The translations under genes and the position numbers were made by a program. A stretch of DNA of 64,000 bases from Terracidiphilus sp. (GTDB lineage Bacteria; Acidobacteriota; Terriglobia; Terriglobales; Acidobacteriaceae): the NCBI GenBank assembly GCA_036488735.1, contig DASXHC010000031.1, forward strand, positions 27,479 through 91,478, read 5' to 3'. Positions 27,286-38,475 of the stretch are shown piece after piece (the first letter of the stretch is position 1; each line of letters opens with the position of its first letter). The notes below the pieces were generated by a model, which saw nothing but the letters and a program-made list of their open reading frames with translations, was not told where the DNA came from and did not search any database.

Positions 27286-29031
27286 ATGACGTGCGCTTTT
27301 GTTAGACCGGCACTCCTGCGACTCGGTGTGGTCCTGTTTGTCTTGATTGTTACCGGAACTCTAACTTCCCAGGCAAGTGCGCAGCAAGCCCCGGTGCTCC
27401 TCGACGCCATGACAACCGAACTGCATCGGGCGTTCGCTTCGCTCGGCAAGTCCGGCTCGGACGAAAAACAGCCGCCTCCCTATTTCCTCAGTTATTCGGT
27501 CAGCGATGCCGACATGGTCTCGATCCGGGCCCAATACGGTGCCCTCGTCGACAGTTCCACCAACCGCGTGCGTGTGGCCGACATCCAGGTGCGGCTGGGC
27601 GATCCCAAGCTCGATAACACCCACGGCGCGCATCGCGGCTCCGCTGTCAACAGCCTGCAGCTTCCTCTGGTCGACGACCGCCAGGCCCTGGCCCGCACGC
27701 TGTGGCTGGCCACGAATACCGGCTATAGCTCCGCGCTCGACAACTACCTGCGCGTCAAGACCGAGTCCCAGGTCCGCGCCAAAGAAGAAGACTCGTCTCC
27801 CGACTTCAGCAAGGAAGCGCCGCAGACCGCTATCGGCAAGCCGGCTCCGCCGGCCAAAGTCGACAAACCTGCGTGGGAGAAGCACGTTACCGAACTGTCA
27901 AAGATCTTCCGCGATTATCCCGACGTGTATCAAAACGTGGTCATGCTCACGGTGCAGAACGAGACCGACTACTTCGCTTCCTCCGAAGGTTCGCAGGTGG
28001 TCGCGCCCCATGTCGCCGCGCGCCTCGTAGTGTTTGCCGTAACCCGCGCCGAAGACGGCATGGACCTGTTTCGCGCCCAGACATTTGAAGCCGAAACTGC
28101 GGCCGGCCTTCCCCCGCAGGCCGAACTCGCCTCGGCCATGCGCGAACTCGGCAAAAGCCTTGAAGAACTGCGCAAGGCGCCGGTAACCGAGCCCTTCAAC
28201 GGACCTGCGATCCTGTCCGGGCGCGCCGCTGCGGTGTTCTTTCATGAGGTGCTCGGCCACCGCCTCGAGGGCCAGCGCCAGCGCGGCGACGAAGAGGGCC
28301 AGACCTTCACCAAGGAACTCAATAAACAGGTGCTGCCCACCTTCCTCTCCGTCAAGGACGACCCCACCCTCACAACCTTCGGCAACACCTGGCTCAGCGG
28401 AAGCTATGAATATGACGATGAAGGCCAGAAGGCACGGCGCGTGGACCTCATTGAGGACGGAGTGTTGAAGACGTTTCTCATGTCCCGCCTGCCCATCGCC
28501 AGCTTTGCCGCCTCCAACGGCCATGGCCGCGGGCAAACAGGCCGCATGCCCACCGGCCGCCAGGGGAACCTGATCGTCACCTCCACCAGGACCGTCTCCG
28601 ACGCTGAGCTACGAAAGCAGCTCATCGAGGAAGCAAAGAAACAAGGCAAACCCTTCGGTCTCTACTTCGAAGACATCTCTTCCGGGTTTGCGGTCACGAC
28701 GCGCAGTTCGCCGCAGGCATTTCAAGTCATACCCCTCGTGGTGTACCGCGTCTATGTAGATGGCCGACCCGACGAACTCGTCCGCGGGGTCAGCATCGTG
28801 GGCACGCCCCTCGCCGCCATGAAGCGCATCCTCGCCACCAGCGACAAGAGCGAAGTCTTCAACGGCGAGTGCGGCGCGGAGTCCGGTACGGTTCCCGTCA
28901 GCGCCGTAGCTCCCGCCATGCTGGTCAGCGAAATGGAAACGCAAAAACAGGCCCAAGGCACATCGCGTCCGCCCATTTTGCCCATCCCGGGCGCCCCCGC
29001 GGCGCCTCGGGCCGCCAAGGAGGCGCAATGA
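27286..29031 (+). CDS. exported TldD-like metallopeptidase (catalytic subunit)
   Basis: The ATG at 27286 gives signal peptide MTCAFVRPALLRLGVVLFVLIVTGTLTSQASA. The HEVLGHRLEGQRQ motif (HExxxH) matches TldD. The 5' 470 codons of ORF 25876..29031 are antisense to the M48 gene. Confidence 0.85.
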   Translation: MTCAFVRPALLRLGVVLFVLIVTGTLTSQASAQQAPVLLDAMTTELHRAFASLGKSGSDEKQPPPYFLSYSVSDADMVSIRAQYGALVDSSTNRVRVADIQVRLGDPKLDNTHGAHRGSAVNSLQLPLVDDRQALARTLWLATNTGYSSALDNYLRVKTESQVRAKEEDSSPDFSKEAPQTAIGKPAPPAKVDKPAWEKHVTELSKIFRDYPDVYQNVVMLTVQNETDYFASSEGSQVVAPHVAARLVVFAVTRAEDGMDLFRAQTFEAETAAGLPPQAELASAMRELGKSLEELRKAPVTEPFNGPAILSGRAAAVFFHEVLGHRLEGQRQRGDEEGQTFTKELNKQVLPTFLSVKDDPTLTTFGNTWLSGSYEYDDEGQKARRVDLIEDGVLKTFLMSRLPIASFAASNGHGRGQTGRMPTGRQGNLIVTSTRTVSDAELRKQLIEEAKKQGKPFGLYFEDISSGFAVTTRSSPQAFQVIPLVVYRVYVDGRPDELVRGVSIVGTPLAAMKRILATSDKSEVFNGECGAESGTVPVSAVAPAMLVSEMETQKQAQGTSRPPILPIPGAPAAPRAAKEAQ

Positions 29032-30683
29032 ATACGCTCCGGCCAGTCGTCACCATCGTTTGCGCCGCACTGCTTGGTGGAACCCTCCACGGTCGCGCTC
29101 AGACCACCCGCGCCGATGCCGAAAAGGATCCCGTCCTGAAAGCCATGCTGACTGAGCTCGACCGCAGCAAGAGCGACCTCCAACTCAAAGGCTTCGAGAA
29201 GCCCTTCTTCATCCAATACCGCATCGAAGACGTCGATACCTTCGACACCCGCGCCGAATATGGAGCCACCGAAGGCTCCACGCACAGCCATCAGCGCGTG
29301 GCCCGCGTCACGGTCCGCGTCGGCGATTATAAAATCGACAGTTCTGGCCAGCGCGGCGACGGCGCTCTGCAGATGACCGCTCTCGATGATGACCCCGTCG
29401 CCATCCGTTCTGCCCTGTGGTCGGCTACGGACCAGGCTTATAAAAACGCCATCTCCTCCTACGCTCAGAAGCAAGCCGAATTGAAACAGGTGCAGACGCC
29501 TCCGCAGTCCGACGACTTCAGCAAGGAAAAGCCCGTCATCCTGCTCGAAAACCCGCGTTCTCTCCAGATCGACGAGCAGCTGTGGGTTCAAAGAGTAGCT
29601 CGCGACAGCGGCCTCTACCGTACCGAATCCTCTGTAAAGCCCATTGCGAAAGATGTGCAGTACGCCACTGACTCCTTCCACGGCCGTACCATCACAACCT
29701 GGCTCGTGAACAGCGAAGGAACCATCGTTCGCAAAGCGGCGGAAGATTACCAGGAAGTCTTCGCCGTAGGAACCCAGGCTCCCGACGGCATGCGCCTCGA
29801 CCGCTCCTATGCCACCAGCGGCGTCACCCTCAAAGATCTCGACGCCCCTGACACTTTCACGAAGCACGCCGTGTCCCTGATCGCTTCACTCGCCGACCTG
29901 CGCAATGCCCCGTTGGTCGAGGAGGAATATCACGGCCCGGTGCTGCTCAGCTCCGACGCCAGTTCCGACATCATGGGCGCCCTGGTAGCAACCGGCGTGG
30001 CAGCAACGCGGCCGCGCATGGGCACCGAGGCACGCACCAACGGCGCCTTCGCATCCAGCTTTCATGCCCGGGTGCTGCCCGATTTTCTCGATGTCGTCGA
30101 CGACCCCGCGCTCAAAAATTACGAAGGCAAAGCCCTGGTCGGCGCCTACGACGTCGACGATGAAGGCGTTCCCGCGCAGGCCGTCAAACTGGTTACCGCC
30201 GGTAAGCTTGAAAACTACCTGCTCGGCCGCGAGCCGGTGCGCGATTTCACTAACTCCAACGGTCACGGCCGCGCGGCAGTCGCCGGCGCTGCCCGCGCCT
30301 CTATCGGCGTCATGAAAGTTTCCGCCGCTAACGGCATCGGTGACGATGAGCTGAACAAGAAACTTCTCGACATGGCCAAAGAGCGCGGACTGAAAACCAC
30401 CTATTACGTGCAGACGTTGGGCGGCCCGCTCACCCCGCGCCTCCTTTACCGCATCGGCCTCGACGGCAAGCGGGAACTGGTGCGCGGCGCCGCACTCGAT
30501 GATCTCGACCTCCGCGCGCTTCGGTCCAGTGTCGAAGCCGCCGGCAAGGATCTCTGGGTCGCGAATTACATGGGCGAGGTGCCGCAAACCGTGCTCGCTC
30601 CCGCGCTGCTCCTCAGCGACGTCACCATCAAGCGCGCCAACGAAAAGAATGAGAAGCTGCCCTTCTATCCCCCACCCGAATAA
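29028..30683 (+). CDS. exported TldD/PmbA-family protein lacking the HExxxH motif (PmbA-like partner)
   Basis: The ATG at 29028 overlaps the previous stop (ATGA). Signal peptide is MNTLRPVVTIVCAALLGGTLHGRAQ. It is collinear with the preceding protein but I see no HExxxH. Confidence 0.8.
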   Translation: MNTLRPVVTIVCAALLGGTLHGRAQTTRADAEKDPVLKAMLTELDRSKSDLQLKGFEKPFFIQYRIEDVDTFDTRAEYGATEGSTHSHQRVARVTVRVGDYKIDSSGQRGDGALQMTALDDDPVAIRSALWSATDQAYKNAISSYAQKQAELKQVQTPPQSDDFSKEKPVILLENPRSLQIDEQLWVQRVARDSGLYRTESSVKPIAKDVQYATDSFHGRTITTWLVNSEGTIVRKAAEDYQEVFAVGTQAPDGMRLDRSYATSGVTLKDLDAPDTFTKHAVSLIASLADLRNAPLVEEEYHGPVLLSSDASSDIMGALVATGVAATRPRMGTEARTNGAFASSFHARVLPDFLDVVDDPALKNYEGKALVGAYDVDDEGVPAQAVKLVTAGKLENYLLGREPVRDFTNSNGHGRAAVAGAARASIGVMKVSAANGIGDDELNKKLLDMAKERGLKTTYYVQTLGGPLTPRLLYRIGLDGKRELVRGAALDDLDLRALRSSVEAAGKDLWVANYMGEVPQTVLAPALLLSDVTIKRANEKNEKLPFYPPPE

Positions 30684-30800
30684 GGCTCCGGCAAATGGGC
30701 ACCCGATCCACGTCGCTCATCGGATTCACCGGACTCTACTTCTGGGGAGCTGGGGCCTTGAAACTACCCTGAATTCGTTTCGAGATCCGATCTTCTAGTG

Positions 30801-30833
30801 TGGTTGAACCAAGATGGTTGAATAACTGGTTGA
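30801..30833 (+). repeat. three direct TGGTTGA(A) repeats in an AT-rich putative promoter region
   Basis: TGGTTGAA at 30801-30808 and 30815-30822, and TGGTTGA at 30827-30833 (spacings 14 and 12 nt). They lie about 230 nt upstream of the RcnB-like gene. Confidence 0.35.
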
Positions 30834-31063
30834 TATGAACCTAATTTCGCAATATTTAAGACATTTTCACTTGTCTCATAACTGCTTCAAGGACATGGGC
30901 TTTCAGGACCGTTCACGATCTCTATCAATGAAAAATTCAGGATGTGGTTGCGCCAATCCGCCCTCGGCATTCGTCTGGGGTGAAAGCGGGCTTACGCAGG
31001 AGGTCCGGCGTTTGCGAAGACTCACCGCTTATCTCTTACGAATTGAATTCGCGAGGAGTATTT

Positions 31064-31390
31064 ATGACACGGTTCCACAGAGCACTAGCCATCGCGGCGC
31101 TGGCCGCAACGACCCTTGGCGGCACAGCCTTTTCCCAGGATCACCACGACGACCGAGACCGCGATCACCACGATGAACATCACGCCTACGTTCACCACGA
31201 CGAATGGAGAAAGGGTGCCAACATGCGCCACGAAGACTGGGATCGCGGCGCGCGCGTCGATTACCGCACATACCACCTGCGGCGCCCACCGCACGGCTAT
31301 GAATGGCGCGAGGTCGACGGCAACTATGTCCTCGCGGCGGTCGCCACTGGCCTGATCGCATCCGTAGTCGTGGCGTCAACAGTCCACTAG
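31064..31390 (+). CDS. His-rich exported RcnB-like protein
   Basis: The ATG at 31064 follows GAGGAG. Signal peptide, then the His/Asp-rich stretch QDHHDDRDRDHHDEHHAYVHHDE. C-terminal RRPPHGYEWREVDGNYVLAAVATGLI matches the RcnB/YohN-type PP.GY.W....G.yvL....tG.I motif as I remember it. Confidence 0.6.
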   Translation: MTRFHRALAIAALAATTLGGTAFSQDHHDDRDRDHHDEHHAYVHHDEWRKGANMRHEDWDRGARVDYRTYHLRRPPHGYEWREVDGNYVLAAVATGLIASVVVASTVH

Positions 31391-31418
31391 CTCTATCCGT
31401 CCCCTGAGAGCGGCATAG

Positions 31419-31454
31419 GAAGAGCGCGGCTGAGGCCGTGCTCTTCGTCTTTGT
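31419..31454 (+). terminator. putative rho-independent terminator
   Basis: GAAGAGCGCGGC-TGAG-GCCGTGCTCTTC (one mismatch) followed by GTCTTTGT, 29 nt after the stop at 31390. Confidence 0.5.
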
Positions 31455-31629
31455 ACCAGTCCCCCGGAACACAATCCTTCGAATTGATTCTTGTTCGATG
31501 GCCAGTTTGGTCGGGGTCACCGAGATGTGTCCCAAGTCGCATTCTCCCGTTGGACAGGCTCGTTCACCGGGGAGTAACATCACGCGCAAATCTCAATTCA
31601 CCCCGGAACTTCAATGAAAGGAAAAGAAC

Positions 31630-32046
31630 GTGTGTAAGATCGCGCGTCCAATTTGGATTTGCTTTTGCCTTGTCGCCCTCATGCTGAATGCCCAAACAAC
31701 CAGCGCCAGCGTCCGCATCGGCGGTGAATCGCTGCGCGCCAACGGACAACTCGCTCACGGCTTCGAATACACCGGCCCCTGCCCCGTCGATCTGCAATTC
31801 GGTTGGGGTGTGATCGCCACTCAACCAACTTCGATCAACTACTATTTTCAGCGCAGCGACGGCGGCCGTTCGTCGCGCAGCCAGGCCGCCGATTTGCCAC
31901 CCGGCCGCTCCGTCCCGATTTACCAGAAGTGGACCCTCGGCGCCAACAAGCCGCAATTCGCCAATTACACCGGATGGGTGAACGTGGTGATCGACTCGCC
32001 CAATCGCCTGGAAGGGAAAATCAAGTTCACCCTGCACTGCCAATAA
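31630..32046 (+). CDS. exported hypothetical protein
   Basis: 138-aa ORF with a GTG start after GAAAGGAAAAG and signal peptide ...IWICFCLVALMLNAQT. I recognise no family. Confidence 0.5.
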   Translation: MCKIARPIWICFCLVALMLNAQTTSASVRIGGESLRANGQLAHGFEYTGPCPVDLQFGWGVIATQPTSINYYFQRSDGGRSSRSQAADLPPGRSVPIYQKWTLGANKPQFANYTGWVNVVIDSPNRLEGKIKFTLHCQ

Positions 32047-32066
32047 CGTCGTCATCTCCATACGCA

Positions 32067-32099
32067 GAAGAGGCCGTCCGCAATGCGGACGGCCTCTTC
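32067..32099. terminator. bidirectional hairpin between convergent genes
   Basis: Perfect 15-bp inverted repeat GAAGAGGCCGTCCGC-AAT-GCGGACGGCCTCTTC between the stops at 32046 (+) and 32124 (-). Confidence 0.7.
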
Positions 32100-32123
32100 G
32101 TTCCTCAACCACATTGAGATGAA

Positions 32124-34235
<2,112 letters not shown>

Positions 34236-34496
34236 TTTTTGGGTATATCTCCTTCGAATTTTCGCCGGCTATCCTGCCCCGGCCGCTTCCCGGATCGCGA
34301 GACCCCAGGCGGAAGAATGCATGGCTAGGGTACCCGGCCACCCCGCTCTACCCAAATTCCCTGCAGCGAACGGCGATTACGACGGTTGAATGGTGCCTGC
34401 GCGCAGCGAACGGGGAGGAACAGCGGAGCTTCGGGAGCGAGTATCGCCTGCCCCGAAACTCCTTGCCGCCAATGGCTTAACCGCTGTCGACCTCGC

Positions 34497-36917
34497 TCAG
34501 TTCAGTGTCAGAGTGAGCGTCGACGTGTGCTGGAAGGTTCCCGACGTCGCCGTGACCGTGACCGTGGATGTCACCGGTTGAGGCGGCACGGTGCTGGCAG
34601 ACCCACCGCCGCTACATCCGCCGCAGAGTGTAACCCCGACAGCAGCCATGCTCAACAGCAGAAACATGTGAAGACCGCGCCGCTTCCTCAGGCCAAGGCA
34701 ACATAAAATGGCGGCCAAAGCTGCTTCAGGCACGATGGGGATGCCGCGGTGATTCGCGGAGGCGCTCAACTTTGCCGTAGACACAGTGAGCGTTGTCGAA
34801 GCCGGTGCGCCCGACGGAGTCACGGTCGCGGGAGCGAAGCTGCACGAACCTCCCGATGGCAATCCCGAACAACTGAAGGAGACTGCCGAATTGAAGCCAT
34901 TCTGGGGTGTAATCGTCGCCGTTGTGGTCCCGCTTTGGCCGCCGGTCATGGTGAGCGATGCGGGCGAAACTCCGAAGGAAAAGTCCGCCGGGGGCAGGTT
35001 GATGACATAGCTCGCGCTCGCGACCGCGCTGGGGGCAAAACCACTGGCCGTCGCGATAGCCTTCAGTGTCTCGGTAGCCGACACAGTGACTGGAGCGGTG
35101 TAAACAGAGGAGGAAGCCGTCGGCGCCGCTCCGTTCGTCGTGAAGTAGATCGTTGCGCCCGGCGTTGCGTCGGAAATAGTCACCGTCTGTGCCGCGCTGT
35201 AGGTGCCGCCTTGGACACTGAACGTTGGAGTAGCCGCGGGCGGCGCAATTGTATAGGTCGCCCAAGCGAGTGGGCTGGTGGAAAAGCCGTCGGCTGTAGC
35301 AATCGCCTTCAGCGTCGCTGTAGACGAGATGGTGATAGCAGCCGTGTATGGGGTGGACGAAACCGTCGGCGTCGTCCCATCGGTGGTGTAGTAGATGACT
35401 GCACCGGTGGTCGTATCTGAGATCGTGACCCCCTGTGCTGCACCATAAATGCCGGTGGTCACGCTGAATGAAGGCGTGGCAGCGCGAGGAACGGTGGTCC
35501 CCGACGGACTGAATATCCAAAAGTCGTTGAGGTAGCCGTAGTACGCGACACTACTATAGCCTTCCCCTCCAAAAAGCCAAAAATTGCCGCTCGCATCAAC
35601 CCAGTCGGACGACGAGTCTCGAGCGCCAGGGATGTCTCCAGCGGCGGGAAAACCCATAGTGCCATAGACACCGCTGTAGCCATAGCCGGTAAGTTGGCCG
35701 GGGCCGCTCACCCATGCCCATTCTTTTGAGGAGGGGTTGAATACCCACAAGTCGTTCATTTCGGGTCCCCAGAGTGATACGGAGACTCCACCGAAAAGCC
35801 AGAGCTGGCCCGCACCGTCTGTCCAGCTCGTGGCTTGCCAGCGGGCTGCGGGAACAAACCCATTAACGGCGCCGTTCGTTGCCAAGTCGCCACAGGGCTC
35901 GTATGTCAGGCCAGCATCTCCTGGCGCGTTACTGCCGCACACCCACGTCCATTCACCTGTCGACAGTGTGAACTCCCAGAGGTCATTGAAACGGCCGTTG
36001 TTGTTTCCGGAATTGCTGGCTCCCCCGAACAGCCAGAGGTTGCCGCTGCTGTCCGTCCAAGCATTAGCACCTTGCCTGCCCCCAGGGATGTTCCCGGCTG
36101 CCGGCGTACCCCGTGTGCCGTACACTCCAGGCTGGCTGCCCGAGCCATCGCTCGTCTTCCGCACTGTACTGCTTCCACCCATCCACGCCCATTCATTCGT
36201 AGTCGGGTTGAACTCCCAGAGATCGTTGAGACTGCCGAGATTCCCGCCGGCATCGTAGCCCAGGCCGCCGAATAGCCAGAGATTGCCGCTGTTGTCGGTC
36301 CAGGTAACGGCGCCCATCCTGCCACCGGGAGCGTTCCCGGCAGCGGGGGTACCTTGGCTCCCATATACCCCCGCCAGGACACCCGTTCCCACCGCATTGC
36401 TCCCGCCCATCCATGCCCATTCATTCGTGAATGGATTGAACTCCCAAAGATCGTTGAGATAACCGTTGTCGCCGACGCCATCGAAGCCGTTGCCGCCAAA
36501 GAGCCAGAGATTGCCCCTTTTATCGACCCAACTCGCGGAGTTATAACGGCCTCCGGGGATGTTTCCTTCTGCGGGCTCGCCCAATGTGCCGTAAGCTCCC
36601 GGCTGAACGCATCGATATCCTGTCGTTCCACAATTGACTAAGTCGTTGCCCCCCATCCAGGTCCACTCCTGGTTGGAAGTATCGAATTCCCAAAGGTCGT
36701 TTAGATCGTGCGGAAAAGTGCCGGATTCATTCGCTGGATAAACCTTTGAATCGTAGCCTGAACCGCCAAAGAGCCAGAAATTGCCGCTGCTATCGGTCCA
36801 GCTTGTGGCGCCCTCGCGGCCCCCGGGAACGTTTCCGGCGACCGGTGTGCCCAACGTGCCATAGACTCCGGGCTGACCACAATTATCCGCGCAGGGGAGT
36901 TTGCTGCTTCCCCCCAT
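34497..36917 (-). CDS. Kelch-repeat surface protein with chitobiase/FN3-associated-type and Ig-like domains (body; no signal peptide in this frame)
   Basis: About 8 repeats of the type GG....W.D..GN.WLFGG......LNDLWEF....EW.WMGG. These are followed by TPTFS...TISDAT.GATIYYTT.G repeats, then an Ig-like domain, then a hydrophobic tail. The first ATG in this frame is at 36917, directly downstream of an in-frame TAA. Confidence 0.8.
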   Translation of the reverse strand: MGGSSKLPCADNCGQPGVYGTLGTPVAGNVPGGREGATSWTDSSGNFWLFGGSGYDSKVYPANESGTFPHDLNDLWEFDTSNQEWTWMGGNDLVNCGTTGYRCVQPGAYGTLGEPAEGNIPGGRYNSASWVDKRGNLWLFGGNGFDGVGDNGYLNDLWEFNPFTNEWAWMGGSNAVGTGVLAGVYGSQGTPAAGNAPGGRMGAVTWTDNSGNLWLFGGLGYDAGGNLGSLNDLWEFNPTTNEWAWMGGSSTVRKTSDGSGSQPGVYGTRGTPAAGNIPGGRQGANAWTDSSGNLWLFGGASNSGNNNGRFNDLWEFTLSTGEWTWVCGSNAPGDAGLTYEPCGDLATNGAVNGFVPAARWQATSWTDGAGQLWLFGGVSVSLWGPEMNDLWVFNPSSKEWAWVSGPGQLTGYGYSGVYGTMGFPAAGDIPGARDSSSDWVDASGNFWLFGGEGYSSVAYYGYLNDFWIFSPSGTTVPRAATPSFSVTTGIYGAAQGVTISDTTTGAVIYYTTDGTTPTVSSTPYTAAITISSTATLKAIATADGFSTSPLAWATYTIAPPAATPTFSVQGGTYSAAQTVTISDATPGATIYFTTNGAAPTASSSVYTAPVTVSATETLKAIATASGFAPSAVASASYVINLPPADFSFGVSPASLTMTGGQSGTTTATITPQNGFNSAVSFSCSGLPSGGSCSFAPATVTPSGAPASTTLTVSTAKLSASANHRGIPIVPEAALAAILCCLGLRKRRGLHMFLLLSMAAVGVTLCGGCSGGGSASTVPPQPVTSTVTVTATSGTFQHTSTLTLTLN

Positions 36918-36949
36918 CCAAGTCCATTCATCGCTGCACTCGTCTGTGC

Positions 36950-37033
36950 TTTAGCAGCGGGGCTTGAATTACCAACAACGAGCAGGCAAAAGCAGCCCGC
37001 CAGAGCGAGCAGACGACGGTTTCCCAGAGACAT
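36950..37033 (-). other. out-of-frame 5' fragment encoding the signal peptide of the Kelch protein
   Basis: The ATG at 37033 follows AAGGAAAG and encodes MSLGNRRLLALAGCFCLLVVGNSSPAAKAQ. The body frame reads (TAA)STDECSDEWTWMGG. One extra A in the A3 run at 36950-36952 would fuse the two frames. Confidence 0.6.
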
Positions 37034-37204
37034 GAATGGCTTTCCTTAGCTTGGTGATTGACCAGGAGCATAGCATAGTCTCGGTCTTTTGCTCCTGAAG
37101 GTGATCGTCAATACAGCGTCTGGAACGCAGAGGCGACGTGATCCTCTTGCAATGACTCGGCGCCGCGGGAACCGCCGCTCGCGTCAACGAACCGAGGCCA
37201 ACGG

Positions 37205-38134
37205 CTACGGCTGTCCGCCCTCATTGCGCGCCACCTGGTTGATGATGCGCTGAATCACCACCACCTGGACGTGGATGCGCCGCGCAACATCGGGCAGGAA
37301 TTCCGTGATGAAATTGCCGATGGGCGCAGACGCCAGGCCGATCACGTAGCGGGAAGCCTGGGCGTCCGCATTGGTCTCGCGCCCCGGCACATACAGATTG
37401 CTGATCTGGTCATCGATGGCGAACCCCACCAGGTTGGCGTAGTTCGGCATGCCCCTGCCGTTATCCCCCTGCGTCCAGACCACCTGGTACGCCGCATGCA
37501 GAATACGGCGCGGAATCTTGGCATTGGGCATGCGGTGGTAGTGAGGATCCTGGTGCGCAATCGTGGGGATCAGAAACGTCCCGAAGAACTCGCCGGTCAG
37601 GTCCTGGGTAAAGCTCACGCCTACATAACGCCCATAGCCCGGCATCCCCGGACCATACGGCGAATGCGAATCCGAACCGACGGAGATGGCCGCCTCTCCC
37701 AGAATTGTGATGGTATTGAACGGGTCGACCATGTTGCGGGCGGCCAGCCACGCCTTGTCCTTCGGTGTTAGCGGCTTGTCCTGGGGTCCCCGCACGAAAC
37801 GCTGATACCAGTTCATCGCAGGCGGTACGCACCTTGGCTGTGCCGCCGGTTGTCCCACTGACGACCCGTCGGACGGAGAGGCTGATACCGTCGCCCCCGG
37901 CCCCGCGCCCTTCGTGTCCTTGGGAACCGGGCACGGTCTCGGTCTGGGCTCCAGGCTCGCGGCCGTGGTCTGTGCGGCAGGCGCATCGGGAAGCGCCGCC
38001 TCGGCCGCCGGGCTCTCATTTCCCTGCGCCCACAGGCGGCTGCAAGGAATCGCCAAAGCCAGAAGCAAACCGGCAAGACGCAGATTTTGTCCCGACCCGC
38101 GGGCTCGGTTGCCCCTGGTATGCGCTAAGATCAC
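37205..38134 (-). CDS. exported hypothetical protein with Pro/Ala-rich linker
   Basis: 309-aa ORF with a GTG start, signal peptide LRLAGLLLALAIPCSRLWAQ and a conserved-looking C-terminal domain (HQDPHYHR...). I recognise no family. Confidence 0.6.
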   Translation of the reverse strand: MILAHTRGNRARGSGQNLRLAGLLLALAIPCSRLWAQGNESPAAEAALPDAPAAQTTAASLEPRPRPCPVPKDTKGAGPGATVSASPSDGSSVGQPAAQPRCVPPAMNWYQRFVRGPQDKPLTPKDKAWLAARNMVDPFNTITILGEAAISVGSDSHSPYGPGMPGYGRYVGVSFTQDLTGEFFGTFLIPTIAHQDPHYHRMPNAKIPRRILHAAYQVVWTQGDNGRGMPNYANLVGFAIDDQISNLYVPGRETNADAQASRYVIGLASAPIGNFITEFLPDVARRIHVQVVVIQRIINQVARNEGGQP

Positions 38135-38475
38135 AACCCTCCCAAACGTAATTTCCCGGTACTCGAATTACATAGATGAACAATTGCCTCTGAATGTTTG
38201 ACCCGCCTCACAGAATGGCAGGCATCGAGCATACTCGAAACACCCGACAACCAACATTGACGATAGACAGTCTTACTCGTTGTGGTCAGTGACGAAATCG
38301 AACCGCAAAATGTCACACGCCCGTCCCGGCGCGGAAACACCGGGCGCGCAGGTCACGTGACCGGCGAGAGGTGACCAGGGCGGCACACCTTGAGCGCCAG
38401 CCGTTGACGCCCGCATGGCCTCGCCGCAGACTGAGAACGGGTCGCAAGCCCACGCGACGCCAACGAGGTTATGAC

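Noticed and set aside
25876-29031. 1051-aa ORF, the longest in the track
   Set aside because: Its first 470 codons are antisense to the well-supported M48 peptidase gene and have an Arg/Pro/Gln-rich GC-artefact composition. The recognisable TldD sequence and a signal peptide begin at the in-frame ATG at 27286.
34726-36631. Alternative-frame ORFs inside the Kelch gene (34726..35520 -, 35906..36631 -, 35737..36258 + and others)
   Set aside because: The repetitive Kelch-coding DNA keeps several frames open. Only the 34497..36917 frame shows the Kelch repeat consensus.
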